Assembly (NCBI GenBank): GCA_029953675.1 | Contig: JAMWBK010000006.1 | Span: 2,170,001-2,234,000 of the forward strand | Direction: 5' to 3' | Source: Rhodosorus marinus CCMP1338 | Lineage: Eukaryota > Plantae > Rhodophyta | DNA: 64,000 bases | Shown: positions 1 through 13,126 of the stretch, in pieces | Numbering within the stretch: position 1 is the first letter of the stretch | How the letters are laid out: each line of letters opens with the position of its first letter | Position numbers and translations under genes: made by a program | The notes under the pieces: model-generated | The model's database searches: none | Seen by the model: only the letters and a program-made list of their open reading frames with translations | What the model was told of the DNA's origin: nothing

Positions 1-2612
1 GTCTTCATCCCGGTTTGTCGTCCTCGGATTTACTCGTTAAATTCATTCACATGTAGGCTACTTCGAAAGCTTTCCGAAGAGGAGTACCAGCTATATAGAT
101 CAAGTGCCTGCTCATATGGATGGCCACATCCAGACCCCGTTGAGCAGCTGCGCGTGCTCTGATGCCTCTTCGATGCACTTCTCCACGAAAGACAACAACG
201 AAGTAGTCAAGTTCCAAGGCCTAGCTTTGGCACTGACCCGTTCCGGAAAGGAGTACGGACAGTCCTCTGACCCCTTGCTCGTCGACGGGTCCCATTGACC
301 TGGTGCTTCACAGAGTATGTCACAGGTGACGAACTCCCGGAGTCTTCTTGGCGACTAGATGCTCGCCCGAAACCGAACCGAAGGAAACCTCTTGATTCTG
401 TTTGTCGTTTCGGCACAATTCCAGTCTGAGATTGCCTCAAGACAATGCGCAGCCATGAACTCGCACATAGCTTGGTCGCAAGAGCTTCAAGCGTCATAGC
501 AGGCTTGGCCCAAGACAAGTCCCATCCTCTCACTCCTCTGATTTATCAGCTAGTGCAAACGTCTCGTTAGGGATTCGTTCACGCTTCGATTACTTCACAG
601 GCTTTTCTGGGACTTCATTTGCCGAAACCGAGCAGCGGCACAGCTCTGATAATCCAGAGGCGATGAGCAGCTCTCAACCAGCTCCAACTCAACTGCTACA
701 GCCTTCAAACAAGCCTGGACTCTATCCATCCCTCCTTCGGTCAAGAACTCCGCAAAGCGCTCGGCGATTGCCTGTCTTCTCTTCAAATCAATAGCAACCA
801 CGAACGTGCAGAGCGTCAGTGGTTTTGGACCAGGGATGCAGGGCAGCTAGAGCACTGCTAGAGTCACTTTGGTATCCAAACCGTACATACCTTCCATGGG
901 ACGGGGGAGTTTTGGCGCAAGTCAACAATTGGGACAATCTTGCCTTCATCACTCTTCCGAACACCGGCGATCTGCCCACTGGTCTGCACACAAGTTCACA
1001 TGCGTTTTGAGTGTTCCTTCGGCTTCTCTTGATCCTTGCGGGTTGTCTATCTATTAATTACAGCTCTTTTTGTTTCTGGTACCTCAGCGCTCTCTGGGTT
1101 TGGCGATACCGAACTCGTCCGAGTTTGAGAATCGGCAACCGTAGTGCTTCCTTCTGTTGATGTGTTCTTCGGAGTCGCTTCCTCTGTGACGTGGACCAGT
1201 TCAATGTCCACTTGTGCTTGTTGAGGATTGTCAGATTGTTGCTGCGGAGAATCCGGCTTGGCCTCGGGGTCTCCTCGGTTTTCCACCGGCTCATGTAATT
1301 TGTCTTGGCGTGCGTTGGGGAAGACTTCAGCGGACGGAGGATTAGACGCCACAGAGGGCACCCCCTGTTGGTCTCCAGTTGGTGTTTCGTGCTTGTCATC
1401 CGCAACAGGATTGTCGCTTTGTATATCTGTTTTGATATCCTGTTCCACTGCCTTGCTGTGATCTTGATCTTCTTCATCAGTGGAGATTCTCGCTGTGGTC
1501 GAATGTAGAAAAAAAACACGACCTCTGAGCAAAAAGTGAGCCACATGTGATGACCAAGATCTTCGCTTGCGCTTACGTTTCTTGGCAAGAGCTTGCGCGT
1601 CCCTATCGTCCAATTCTGTACTGTCAGCTGTCCTCTTCTGTGAGGTTGAATCCTCCACCACCTGTGCTTCGCTTTTACCGTCCTTGTCGACGTCCATTCC
1701 GACAGTTTCACTCAGCGCAGCAGATTTCGCCACTGGCGGACCCTCAGGAGCGACAGATGGCGATGGTAGATTTGGATCTTCTTGCGGACGCTTTTCATGG
1801 TCTTGTCTTTCAGCTGTACCATCTTGGTCAACAGCTTCGGGCTGCAGAGTTCGATCATCCATCGTCCTCTTCGGGGGCTTTTGAGGTCGTCTGTCCTTTG
1901 GATTCTTCTCAAGCAGAGTGGGAAAACTCAAACATGTAAGTTCATACGTAGGTTACCGCTTAGGTCGCTTCAGGGAGGATAGGTAGCAATCAAACATACC
2001 ATCGCCAAAGGTCCAGGAGGACGTTGCGGGTAACTACTGTTCTCGGCTCTCACTGGCGCGCGTTTTTGAGCAGCGTCATAGTTCGGGTGGACCGTTCGGA
2101 ATTCCAGGACTTTGAATTTGGTGTCGTGGTTCTCACGTCTTTCCTTTCCGCAAAGCTTTGCCCTTTCTTCTTCGAGCTCCCACTGCTCCAGATCAGCTGC
2201 TGAGAACACCAGTACTTAACATCGAGTCGACATAGGGGAAGAGAGCCAGCAGAGAACCAGAAGATTTCAGAACGAGACTACTGAATACGGTGGAACTATC
2301 ACTCCCATGCGCCACCAAGCGTTTGTGGCGCGGGATGTGATCACCAGCCCTATTCAGACCCTGAAACAGATTCATTCTGTTGGGTGAGGACGTTGAGAAA
2401 TCCTTGGCATGCAACAAAAGCCTGAAAACGTCCCACTAAAAAAAAAATTCCAAGACCAGAAGATCAAGGCCCAATATTTTCCAGGAGGGACAAAAACTGT
2501 TCATACCAGCATCCTCATCGTGTCGATTCTCACATTGATCTCCAAGAGGACAGTACCCTTCCTCGCCAAAGTACGTTGGACATTTTGTAGCACTGAGTTC
2601 TTTCCTTTTCAT
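1..2612 (-). CDS. Multi-exon CCCH zinc-finger protein with long acidic low-complexity middle; 3' end probably runs off the window
   Basis: First exon MKRKELSATKCPTYFGEEGYCPLGDQCENRH gives C-x9-C-x5-C-x3-H. Same-strand ORFs 1970-2209, 1047-1931, 788-991, 595-801 and 207-533 are separated by GT-AG intron-sized gaps. Joining them into one gene is inferred. Confidence 0.55.
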
Positions 2613-2829
2613 GGTCAAGCGTTTCTTCGCATTTGAAGCAGGCCTCCAACTCCACACGAAATGCAATGCCAATACAACCACGCAGGGAGTTTTTCAATAC
2701 CTACTTCTTCAGAGCTACTTGAGGCGCGAACGGGCCACCCAATAGCCCTGATAGCACTCAAGAACAAGTCCGAAATATCGTACAAGTGCTAAAAATGGAA
2801 TCAAGAAACGCACTTTCTCTTAGAGCTCT

Positions 2830-5150
2830 CAAGCTAAACCGTCCGCTTCTGGATCTGTTCCTCGCCTGTCGACGCCATGTTCATTGACGATGAAGGGGGC
2901 GGGTATCGTCCGTGGAAATGGAACGAGGCTTTCGTATTTCATCGCGTAGCCTTCGAAGGGTCCTGTGAAGCTTCCTGCCCTCTCGATTGGCGCGTTCGTT
3001 GATCAGGCGGCGTACGTGTTTGTCGTCTAGAGCTGTCCTTGACCAAGGGGAGGACTTGTTCCGCGTTAGATAATAATTTTCTCTTCTCTTTTAGTTCAGT
3101 AATTGTCACTGCCGAGCTTGAAAAAACTTGAGGTAGTGAAAAGGTGGCGGCTCTTCCAGCACGGAATCCACAAGTCCCGAGGAGTTGTTGCGGGGTAGTT
3201 TGGTTCTGCAGTGAAGTATCGTAGATGTGCGAAAATTGGTTTAAATTGAAAGAAATATCATAGATTTAGGGAAACTTTCCCAGGTCAGGACGCTCGCTTC
3301 GTGCGAATGATCTTCCGTACTCATTGGCACTAGGCCTTGAATTTAGCGAGGAGTTTTCGCTCTCAGTTGCTGCTGGTTGTTTGTTGATGATGGACTGAGA
3401 GCTAAGAAGGAATCTCATCAACTGCATTCACGTAACCAGATTCGTTAAGGAGGAGATGGACCTCTGAGTAGCAGTCAATCGCATTCATTGAAGGCTAACA
3501 TGATCCGAGAGTCCCTTCTACGGTCCTGGCGGACGATAACTTGGGGACGTACGCAGAGTAGATACAATTCACCACTGAAAAGCATCCCGTGGGCTAATAT
3601 GAAACGTACCGCGATATAGCGTTTCGACACACACTTTTGCAAGTGCCGGGACGGCCAGTGATGTTCATGCCAAGGTGGCTAACTGGGAAGCTCAGGTTAA
3701 GGGAATCAAAATAGACTTGCTGATCACTTGACATATTTAAAGAAAGGAAAAGTGCATGGTATCTTCTGCGACTATGGCACTGCCAGGTTACGCACAAATG
3801 GTCCCAGGCAAGGAGGTTGCTGACAGCTCCTGGAGTGCGTCTTTCGCGGAGAGCCAATACTTGGAGCTTTCTATAGGCAGTGGAGGAAAGTTCCAAAGAT
3901 TAGTTGCCGACACAATCCAAGTTCTCCTTCCCGCCAAGCGACCTAAGTGACTCGATGCCGTTGTTCAGAAAAAGCAATACGCAACAGGCCACAATCCTCT
4001 TGATATCTCTTCCGCCTCATGAATGGAAGTGTGCCATCTACTGCACATACTGCTAAGGTCCTCTTTCCTCTTCGCTTCCTACTTCGCAACTACCAGTAGT
4101 ACTCAAATCACTCAACCCGTTGGTGCTAACCGGAGTTCTGTTCGTTCGCTCAAACATGGATATTGAAAAATCATTAAATTGAGGGTGACAGCCTGTTCAC
4201 TTCAGAAAAAAATCACGATTCAATACCAGAGCCGGTTCCAATAATCAGTCAGTATGGGCGTTGCATCAGTCTCTTCGCGCGATAGAGATTGATACATACA
4301 CGCCAAAAGGAACTTCGTCCAGCTTTGCGAGCAAGCACAAGGGCAAATCCTCGAAAGTACCCCGCAAATCTTAAACGGCGCAAAAGTGAGCATCCTACTC
4401 CTGGGCAGTTGTTCTCCATCGTATTTCCGTCGCGGGAGGGAGTCTAAGAGTTCTGTGAGCCGAAGTTGACCCAGGTGGTATGTCCCAGAAGCTACTAGAG
4501 GAAATGATCGATCAGGACCTCCCAGACGAGGACCTAGCCAAACGAAGCGGATAGGCGACGTCCTCAAGAACAGCAACGTTTATAAACCCTTCGCTACCAA
4601 GGTCGCGCTCAGAAGAGCAAACACACAAGAGAACAAAGTAACCCCCTCAACGGTCAACTGGGTGGTATCTCACGCATAGACAGATCATTCTGGCCTCGTT
4701 CCCGCCAACCGCGGCAGAATCCTTTGTTCAAACCCAGCTTGGACCAAGGTCAAGCCGACCATAAAACACTAAAAATATATGTGAACCATAATAAGCTCAA
4801 CATATTCCAGAACAGAGAGCTTTTTCGCATCACTTGTTCCCCAGGGTCAGCGCCTGTCGATGGTCAAGGAGAACAGCTGGAATCTCGGTGGGAGAAACTA
4901 GGGACAAATGACGCGGAACCCTCAAGGTATGGGCTTTTACAGAGAAGTATCGAGCAAAAAGAAAGAAGAGATCTCGAGGGACACCTAAAACGGCAAAATC
5001 ACTCTAGGTTTGCAAGCCGCAACACTAGCGGCGGCGTTATGTAAAAAACCACTGACAACAAAAGTTGCAAGTCGGTACCCTTTTCCCGTCCTGAAAGCCG
5101 CCCCCAGCGTCCGCAGGAACTCAAGATTTTGGGCAAGATTTTCTTGCGAT
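2830..5150 (-). CDS. Probable uncharacterised multi-exon gene; structure unresolved
   Basis: Coding-like minus-strand segments (4985-5188, 4220-4576, 3594-3896, about 2900-3060) with coding-like GC and candidate splice sites. No family recognised. Confidence 0.25.
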
Positions 5151-6468
5151 TCCATGTATTGTGAAAATAAAATACACTTCTGATACAAACGTGATCATTG
5201 GTAGAAACTATCCCGAGCGTTATAAAACCTCTAAATTTCAACATAATAACATATTTTCAATCCAACAGATACGAGATAACTCCACCCCGTCGTCGATTAT
5301 TCCGGGACATCGTATAAAATAATAGCGTTATTCATTTCACAGGATTGATGGAGATATTTTTACTAGGCATTGATTGGACTTCAAAAAAAGGGTCCGATAC
5401 TGATAGCACTTCTCTCTATTGTATTTCAGATTAAAAAGGGCTAAATCTATTAAGAATTATAAGGGTTATATCTACCCCTGGGAAGGATATCAACGGCTGT
5501 TCTGAAACCATCTTATTTTATATAGCATAAGAGAATACTGTATTCAGTTTACTATCCACCAAGTATCTGCTTCGTATTTCCAATCAGAATATACATTTTA
5601 TCGAAGATTAAGTATCTCAACTATTGTTATTTTGTAAATTTAGCGGCTCTTCTTCACTGCATTCCCCTCCCCACCTTCACCCCTCTCCCCCCTCCCCGCC
5701 GAACATCTTCGATAGAAGCAATTTTAGTATGGTTTTGACCGGCTTCAGAAATTCCCCCTTCTAATGGGGAGGGGCCAATCTCGATAAAATTTTGCTGTGA
5801 AAAGCGATACCACCCTATTTTCAACTACTTTTCAATATTGAAAATGTTGCCAAATCAGTTCTAGCTGATTGTCACGGCTCTTTTCAATTTTCTTCCAGAC
5901 TAGTAGGGGTGTACATGTATGCTGCCAATATTAGCTTCCTTTAGTGACGTTTCTAGAAACTTTTACCTCATTAAATAGTTTTTATTAGTTCGAGATCTCT
6001 GTTTGATTCATTTTAGGAACAAATATAGATATTTGGTCGTCATTAAATATGATCTATTGCCTTCAGATTTAGAATTTATATGTATTTCTCGTTTCAAGAA
6101 TATGGTAGTTTTGTCAGTTTGGCAGTATGTCATGTTAAAAGAGGGAGTTTTTCTTCTCAGACTTAGTCCAATAATATTCAGAGTCGGTTTTGACAGAGGC
6201 GTGGAAAGAGCGTCCGGGTAGTCTTGGAGGGAGAGGATACCGCTATATAGGATTTGATTCAGCTGGTTGTAGTGGGAGGGACGTCAATGTTGGAATAGTC
6301 AGTAGTATATGTTGATGCCAGGGATTGACTGTGGGAGGAGCTTCGTAGGCTGGTTTAGGAGTTATCTGGTTGGAACTCGATGTAAGTAGGTTGGAGGGAG
6401 GCGGATTCTTTACGATATCGATTGGGTTTGCCTGTTTGAAAGTGGGCGGGGCGTTGGTGTTCGAGAGG

Positions 6469-7214
6469 ATGTCGGTTGATACGTTACCTTACGATGTACA
6501 GGTGAGTTGATTTGAGCTGGTGCTTCCGGAGTTGTGAGATTGGTCAAGTGACTCGTGTCATACTCTTCTCGTTTGTTTAGCGTATGGTGCTGGAACGCTT
6601 GGATGCACATAGTAGGCTGACAATGAGAGCTGTGAATAAGTCTTGGTACAATGTATTTAATGATTTTCCCAGATGGGAGAGTGTGCGCATAGAGGCCGGC
6701 CAAGCAAGCGGGAATGAGGGCTTGAGGAGCCTGTTAGCTGCTATCCGACCTCGAAAGATTTTGGTCCGAGGGAGGGTGCTGACGCCGGAGCTTTTGGGGG
6801 TTTTGTCAGGGAGCCCCTTGCTTGAAGAGCTTTCTTTCGCGTTTTGCGGTTTTGGGAGCGAATTGGATGTTTCCTCTCTGGGAACTGAACGGAACTCTTC
6901 ATTGAAGGTATTCGTAGAGCGAAAGCCACGTCAACCCGTCAGCGCACTGCAGTTTCTGATCTGTTTCTCTTTGCTCGTTCGCACACCCGTAGAAAGTAAG
7001 TTTTGTAGGTAATCGACTGATCAATGCCGACAGTTTGCAGGCGCTGATGAGTGCTCAGCCAAGTATAATCGAACTCTCAAGTCGCACAGAGCCGAAGAAC
7101 GCCGCGGAGATGTTCTGGGCTGCGCCGAGCAGGGAGTGGGTTTGTACAAGGGACCCTGGAACTGGAACCATTAGTTCCAGCTTCACGAAGAGCGGCGGCA
7201 GTGCTTTCCACTAG
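6469..7214 (+). CDS. F-box protein (N-terminal F-box, LRR-like remainder), 3 exons
   Basis: Exons 6469-6501, 6581-6907 and 7041-7214 splice in frame to MSVDTLPYDVQRMVLERLDAHSRLTMRAVNKSW, matching the F-box LP.(D/E)V...L..L......V.K.W pattern. LEELSFAFC is LRR-like. Confidence 0.75.
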
Positions 7215-7740
7215 TGCGGCTCTGTACCAAGTGGTGGATAGGAGAAAAAAACTGAATCCTAGAGGGTGATGAAAACAAGCTCAAATAACAGTTCCTTTGC
7301 ATAAACTATGTCCATTTCATAAAGCTTGTTTTTTGTTGGTGTGAATGAAAGAGGTGTAACTCGTACAGGGATGTAGGTTTCTTTTGTTTTTGTCGGGTGC
7401 ATAGGCTTGAGGCTCTAGCCTGTCCAGTTCACCACGTGAGCTGCCTTTCAGAGCCTTTGTGCTTGTGCAACCTTTTCCGGGGAAACGTCAAATTAAAGAT
7501 CTCTGTTTCAACTTGAACGTGAATCGTATGACTCCAGGCTTGATGATACGGCCTCGTGTAGTGTAAGAGGGTAATTGACGCGTGCTTTGCTGTAATTAAC
7601 ATTGGGGCATCTTTTTTATAGCTGATGACTCGAAAACGTGGACGCGGTTAGCTTTCTTATAATAGAGTGACTTCCTTACAAGCGGATGAGTAACTTTCTT
7701 CACCACTTTGGGTGTGTGAATTTGTATCGATCGACACTTG

Positions 7741-8562
7741 TTAAGCTTCGACTTCAACGGCCTCAGTGGCGTTGATATCCTCTGCTTCAGCATCGTCATT
7801 CGCGTATAGGATAGCACTCACATCCTTGATCACGTCTGCATTCTGCATCTCCGATTCCGAGTTCGTCTGACAGAATATCTCGACTTCTCGTAGTTTTCCA
7901 AAGTAAAAGTCTCGTTCTTTCTCCAGCTCCTCCACTGTCACCTGAAGCTCCTTGACTGTGTTGCTGAGGGCTGAAATTTCTGCTTTCTGCTCTGCTGATT
8001 CTTCTCGGCAGCGTGTGTGGTTCAGCATTTTATTTTCCTTGTTTCCCGCTGATTGCGTCTCGACCGGTTTAACCCTCGCTTTGCCCGGAGCTACAGCAAC
8101 CCGCGGCTGGGCAATGACTTCACCATTGTAAGTCCGATCAAAATACGCCTTTGTCCATTGTAGGAACTCTAGGTTATCCTGGTACCCTCCTTTGCTCAGT
8201 TTTTGCACGTCGATGTCTTTATCAATATTGTTCACCAGGAATGCGGCCTGAAGCAATTTGTAGTTGGAGCTGATCTCATAGCCTTTTTTCGTATTCTTGT
8301 GGAGCTTGCTCACTTTTACCTAAAAATGGTTAGGAGGTCCACCCTTAAGATTTTAACGTTCTCAGCACTAGATAGGAGCTTTTTATCAACCTACCGTCCC
8401 TGGGTGAATCTTCTCAATGACCAAGCTCACGGCTGCACCGTTGTGTATCTCCTCTACTTTCGTGTAGTTTGTCCCCAGTAGGTCATTCAGCCACTGCAAG
8501 AGCTGCCGCTTGCTCATAAAGTAGGCTTCGTCCATGATTCCTGACAGACAAACCAGGTCCAT
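7741..8562 (-). CDS. EB1: Microtubule end-binding protein EB1 (CH domain + EBH), 2 exons
   Basis: AYFMSKRQLLQWLNDLL, NYKLLQAAF, KGGYQDNLEFLQW and LEKERDFYFGKLREVEIFCQ are EB1 signatures. One GT-AG intron at about 8320-8394. Confidence 0.95.
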
Positions 8563-8693
8563 TTTTAGTACCAGCCGGGTGTTCCGAGGTTCGCAGACTT
8601 TCGACGTACTCACCGAAGTTGGTCGCCGCTCTGCTCATGATGTTTGACAGTTATTATGTCGTACAAACACAAAACAAACAAAGGATATATATT

Positions 8694-8723
8694 TCTCTCT
8701 CCCCCCCTCTCTCTCTCTCTCTC
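8694..8723 (+). repeat. Interrupted (CT)n microsatellite upstream of EB1
   Basis: tctctctccccccctctctctctctctctc is read directly. Confidence 0.85.
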
Positions 8724-9179
8724 GCGGTCGGTAAACTCACTCCAGCTGCGGGCAGATCAGAACCTCACCAATGTACTCCTTCAGAGGAGTCCGAACCTCG
8801 CCGCGAGGAGCTAAACTGCCAAAAGCAATCATAGCGACTGAACATGCTTTCCAAGGGTTTCCAATAAGTTCCGCAATCTAGGTTTTTGAGGTTCTAATTT
8901 AGAAACGATTTTGAAAAATTCGCTCATACAAAATTATCAGCATATATTTAGATCATACTTTCTAAATTAGGATTTTCGTTTGTACGTTGAGAATGGAAAT
9001 GACCGTTGAATAGATTCAAAATTTGAACGCCGATGATGAAAATGTTGAAAATTTTGGATTGCTCATAGCTTTCGAAGTCCCTGCAAAAACCGATGGCATG
9101 TTGGAACGGCCTGGTGACGAGGGGGCAAGTGGGTGCATCCATACTACTCCACTCGGTTGTCTTCGTCTTCAGATAGTTT

Positions 9180-10180
9180 AGTGCACTTGTTGAACTCCCT
9201 GGTAGCTGACCGGTGGCTTTCGTTGTTCGGTCGTGCGTTTTCGAGCAACTAATTGCGAGTGTTTGTTTCTCTGTCTTTGAGATGGTGTCCCGAAATACCC
9301 TGTAAAAAGCATAGAAATCACGGAAACCACTGTCGACGTACGATAGTATGCGTTAGTGGGAGTTGCTCAGGATCCTTGGGCGATTAGCGCGCTGAACTTT
9401 TCTTCATTGCAAGAGCGAGGAGGCTCACGAGAGCTAGTCAACGGATACTACTGCATGTGCTACTTAACATGACCCGGAACGCGGAGAAAAGGGCTCCAAC
9501 ACTCCTGCGAGCGGCTCAATAGGAGTGGCGTCCAGCAGGCGTTCTTGAATATTTACGCCTGCGGAGTCAGTGGTGTATAAGCGCTTCGCAGCCACCACAG
9601 TCGCTGGACAACCCTATCCGCTCATCCGAAACGTGCCTAAACATCAGACATTTTCAACGGGACAACTTTGGGCCTTTGGAGATGAGGACCCCGACAGACC
9701 TGGTTGACGTGACGAAAAGCAAGTCCAGGAGGACCTGACATTTCCTGAATATCTGGTTCAATCGAGCAGTAATCACAAATATTACTGAACATGCAAGACA
9801 CGAGTCCTCGGATAACCTTGGGACAACAAAAAAATGACTTAACAACGTGATGGGCATGGACTGCTTTGCCAGAGGCTCAACCTCCTTTATCCCACAACGT
9901 AGAAGCGGTGCGTAAATAAGGCTCTAAAGTTGAACGTGAACCCCAGACTAACGTAACCCCGAACTTATCAAAGTAGCCAGGACCAAACTCAAGTCCGTGA
10001 GGCGCTACCAAAACCTCGCAATCACGTCAACAACAGAAACCCGAACCTCCCCGCACGACCGCCGATCTCCGAAAACTACCAAAACTGAAGTCAAAGCAAA
10101 CCAACCGACACAGCAACGGAATCACACTCAGGAAAGAAGAAGCCTATGCTACCATTCTGCACAACGTACACCGCTCTGAG
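9180..10180 (-). CDS. Possible short multi-exon hypothetical gene
   Basis: GC-richer island with short coding-like minus-strand frames (e.g. VVAAKRLYTTDSAGVNIQERLLDATPIEPLAG) and candidate splice sites. No family recognised. Confidence 0.2.
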
Positions 10181-11259
10181 CTGCATGTTATGGCGAGAGA
10201 CCGCCGCCTTGCTCTTTAAAGCGCGTAACACGCGTCTTCAGTAGTCTAGTCCTCTCAGAGTAGCTAGTCTATGATAAATGAACTTGTCCCTGTCTTGGAC
10301 AAATTGCTCTTGCTCTCGAGATATGCAAGATTAGTTCCATTACATCCAATTATCCCTTCGTCAACAGCTCGCTATAGATTTATATATACTTAAAACGGCA
10401 GAGCAACCACTGAGAACAGGTTCGGGCTATGTTCAGTTCAACGGCATGGGTGGAATCGCTCAAAATGACTGATCATTGATTGAATCATTGATTTCTAACG
10501 AATATGGATGTACTAGAAAATCTGGATGTGGCCAATGAGCTTCTATTAGACGAAAATTCTCTATTTGATTGGACGGAGAATAAATCTTCTCTAGAAAATC
10601 CGGAAACGCTTTTTTTGAAATATCTTTTAGAAGATTTTGTTTTCCTTTTTATTTTGTAGGACAAGTAGCATTAGAAATGAGATCCAAAATTCTATCCCTT
10701 CCACCTACCCCCTCTAAAAAGACTCGCCTCATATATTCATGAAAAATATAACCCCCCCGTTGATAGCAAAAATAAGTCGTTTTATTTACACGAATCAAAA
10801 AAACAGTATTTAAGGGCTAGTCCATACTCCCTAATATTGTCAGCTTTTGCAGGAGGAGAGTTTCGTCTGATTAACCCTTTGTATATCGTTGGAATTCTTG
10901 AATGAGGAACATTTTGTCATTTTTCCGGTAGAAATGTAGCCAATAAGCAATGAGTTTTTATGTGAACGACATTTTCTAAGTTTTGGGCCAAGATAAAACA
11001 TTGTAAAATGGCCAATATTACAGAGGCGGGAATTGCCAAGGTATTCATATGACGAGCGTGGAGGCTGTATTGCTGGTAGGGAGGGGCGGAAGACAGGAGG
11101 GCGGTGTGGGAGTTAAGAGTGAGACAACTTGTTTTTGAAGAGGGATAGAACGGTTACATTTTGTGTTGGTTTTTGAAAGGATACTATCCTTTGGTTCCCG
11201 ACGTTTAAGAAACATCTGTGGTGAAGAGTTCTTGTATTTACCAGGCTCTAGCATCGAAG

Positions 11260-12842
11260 ATGGAAAGTAGTACGTGTTTTATATCCTCGCCGGGGATTGG
11301 GAAGTCTATAGGGTTCAGAAGAAGCATTAATGGTGCTGGTATGAGCAGGAGCAGAGCTCACCAGCGTTCTTCCTGTATTGTGGCTATTGCGAATCCGATG
11401 TCCCCCACGGGGAATGGAGTGGCAATGGTTGATAGGGGGAGCGGGGCTGAAGATGCGTTCAGAGTATGGGAACAGTGTATAAGAGATGATCCAGATAAGG
11501 GATTTCTCCGCATCAAAGATGACGTTGACGACGTTGAATCAACGAAATATGTCCTTCTCAAGGAAAGAGGACGCGTAATAGCTGCTGGACGGTTACATAG
11601 AGAGGGCCAGAACGTTCGATTGAGCAAGATTGCGGTAATTCCAGGTGAAAGGGGTAAGTCGCGCCTTGAACGTGATGGGAATACTCTTGCCAAGTAATCC
11701 CTAGGTTGACATGTATCTATCTTGCGTCCTTTAGGCAAGGGATATGGCAAGCGACTTGTTCAAGGAATGTTGTCCATGTGTTCAGACGTAGAGGGTGTAG
11801 TGTATGTTAAAGCCCACAGGTGGGAGCTGGGATTCTATTATTTGCTAGGCTTCGATTCGCAAGGAGGTGATGAGTGCGTATGCGCCTGTGAAGGATTGTT
11901 CGACACCAACACCTTCCGTTTGATTAATCCCCGTTTTCATTGGTTCATCTCGCAGCTATGGCGATGAGCCTCAGTCTAGGAATTTAAGCCCGGAGAGGTC
12001 TGTTATGCAGTTTACCAGCATTGCAGACATGATGGATGAAAGGTACCGAGCTTATCTCAGGAAGAGGAAAAATCGAATTTCCGAGAAGCTCAATTGTCTG
12101 AGCCTGAACTGCGCCCTATGTTTGTCTACGTCACAGTAGTCTTGGTGCTCCGACGAGAACTATGGTGTATCGTGCCGAGGGCGTGGAAAATACTATTAAG
12201 CACCATGTAGCGCTGAAAGCGAATAACATCGAGCGGTCACTCGGATTTTACGGAGCCATTGGTTTTACGGTCACCGAGAAATACTTCTCATCGGTAAGTT
12301 TATGTCGTCGACTACCATTTTGGCCTCCAAATTGGCGGATTAAGCTTCTTCCACTTGGTGAGTTTTAGATCAAAGCTCAATTGAACTTCGCGACTTTCCC
12401 TTTCTGTGCAGGGCAAACGCGTTTGTAAAATGGTGGGATTCGGCACGACTATGGAGCTGGAAGAAGAAGGAAAACAGGGGAAGGGAAGAAGTGCGTCCTC
12501 CGAGGAGGGGAGAAACCATGATGTTCTTATACCGAGCAAGCTAGTATTCGATGTCACCAAGGTGAGCGAATGTTCCTCTTGGTCATTTGCAACGGGAGAG
12601 AACAGTACCTCACAAATCGTGTCTTCGTCGGGCAGTTATGCACGGACCTTCCCGGATATCTTCGTCACTTGCAGAAGATGCACGGCGGGGGCTTGCATGT
12701 GGTGACTCCTCCAAAGGAATCATTCCGTGGCAGAAACGTGATCGCCAGTGCAACTATCCTCGATCCCGATTCTTTCCCCTTAGAGTTCCAGCGCTTCGAG
12801 AGCAGACTACCAGAAAGCCTGGCCAAGGACATGTCATGGTGA
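11260..12842 (+). CDS. Putative plastid-targeted GNAT acetyltransferase fused to a VOC (glyoxalase/bleomycin-resistance) domain, 6 exons
   Basis: Exons 11260-11653, 11735-11873, 11956-12042, 12137-12293, 12412-12561 and 12636-12842 join in frame through GT-AG introns of 74-118 nt. GNAT motif A: RLSKIAVIPGERGKGYGKRLV. VOC motifs: HHVALKANNIERSLGFY, MEL, KLVFDV, DPDSFPLEF. The N-terminus is Ser/Arg-rich (MESSTCFISS). Confidence 0.75.
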
Positions 12843-13126
12843 AAACCCCAGAACTGAGGAAAAGCAAGACCCCACTAGAGAGTGAGAAGCAACTGCAGAC
12901 CCGGAGATGGTTGACGACTTTGTAGCAGAATCCCGACCAAGCCAGAAGCATTCCGTTTTAACTTATGAAACAGTTGTTCTCTGTTAATAATATCGCTCCC
13001 AAGCAACCCATAAACATGCCCAACTGTGCACCTTTTTTGTCATGTTTCTACATCGGCTCGTGCGATGTTGGATGGTGTGTGGCCACTTGTGGCCGCAAAA
13101 AATAAGACTCAGTCTAGATTTTTTTA

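Noticed and set aside
3594-3896. HALFLSLN...VYFDSL resembling a Ulp1/C48 protease motif
   Set aside because: No catalytic QxNxxDCG motif nearby and no consistent splice model; too short to support the call.
11358-11750. Long antisense ORFs opposite real genes (also 14197-14868, 23727-24155, 40967-41704, 58218-58793, 59381-59917)
   Set aside because: They mirror codon-biased sense genes and carry no recognisable motifs.
12162-12842. VOC protein as an independent gene starting at ATG 12162
   Set aside because: A canonical in-frame intron links it to the GNAT exons and there is no promoter-like spacer. Kept only as the alternative hypothesis.
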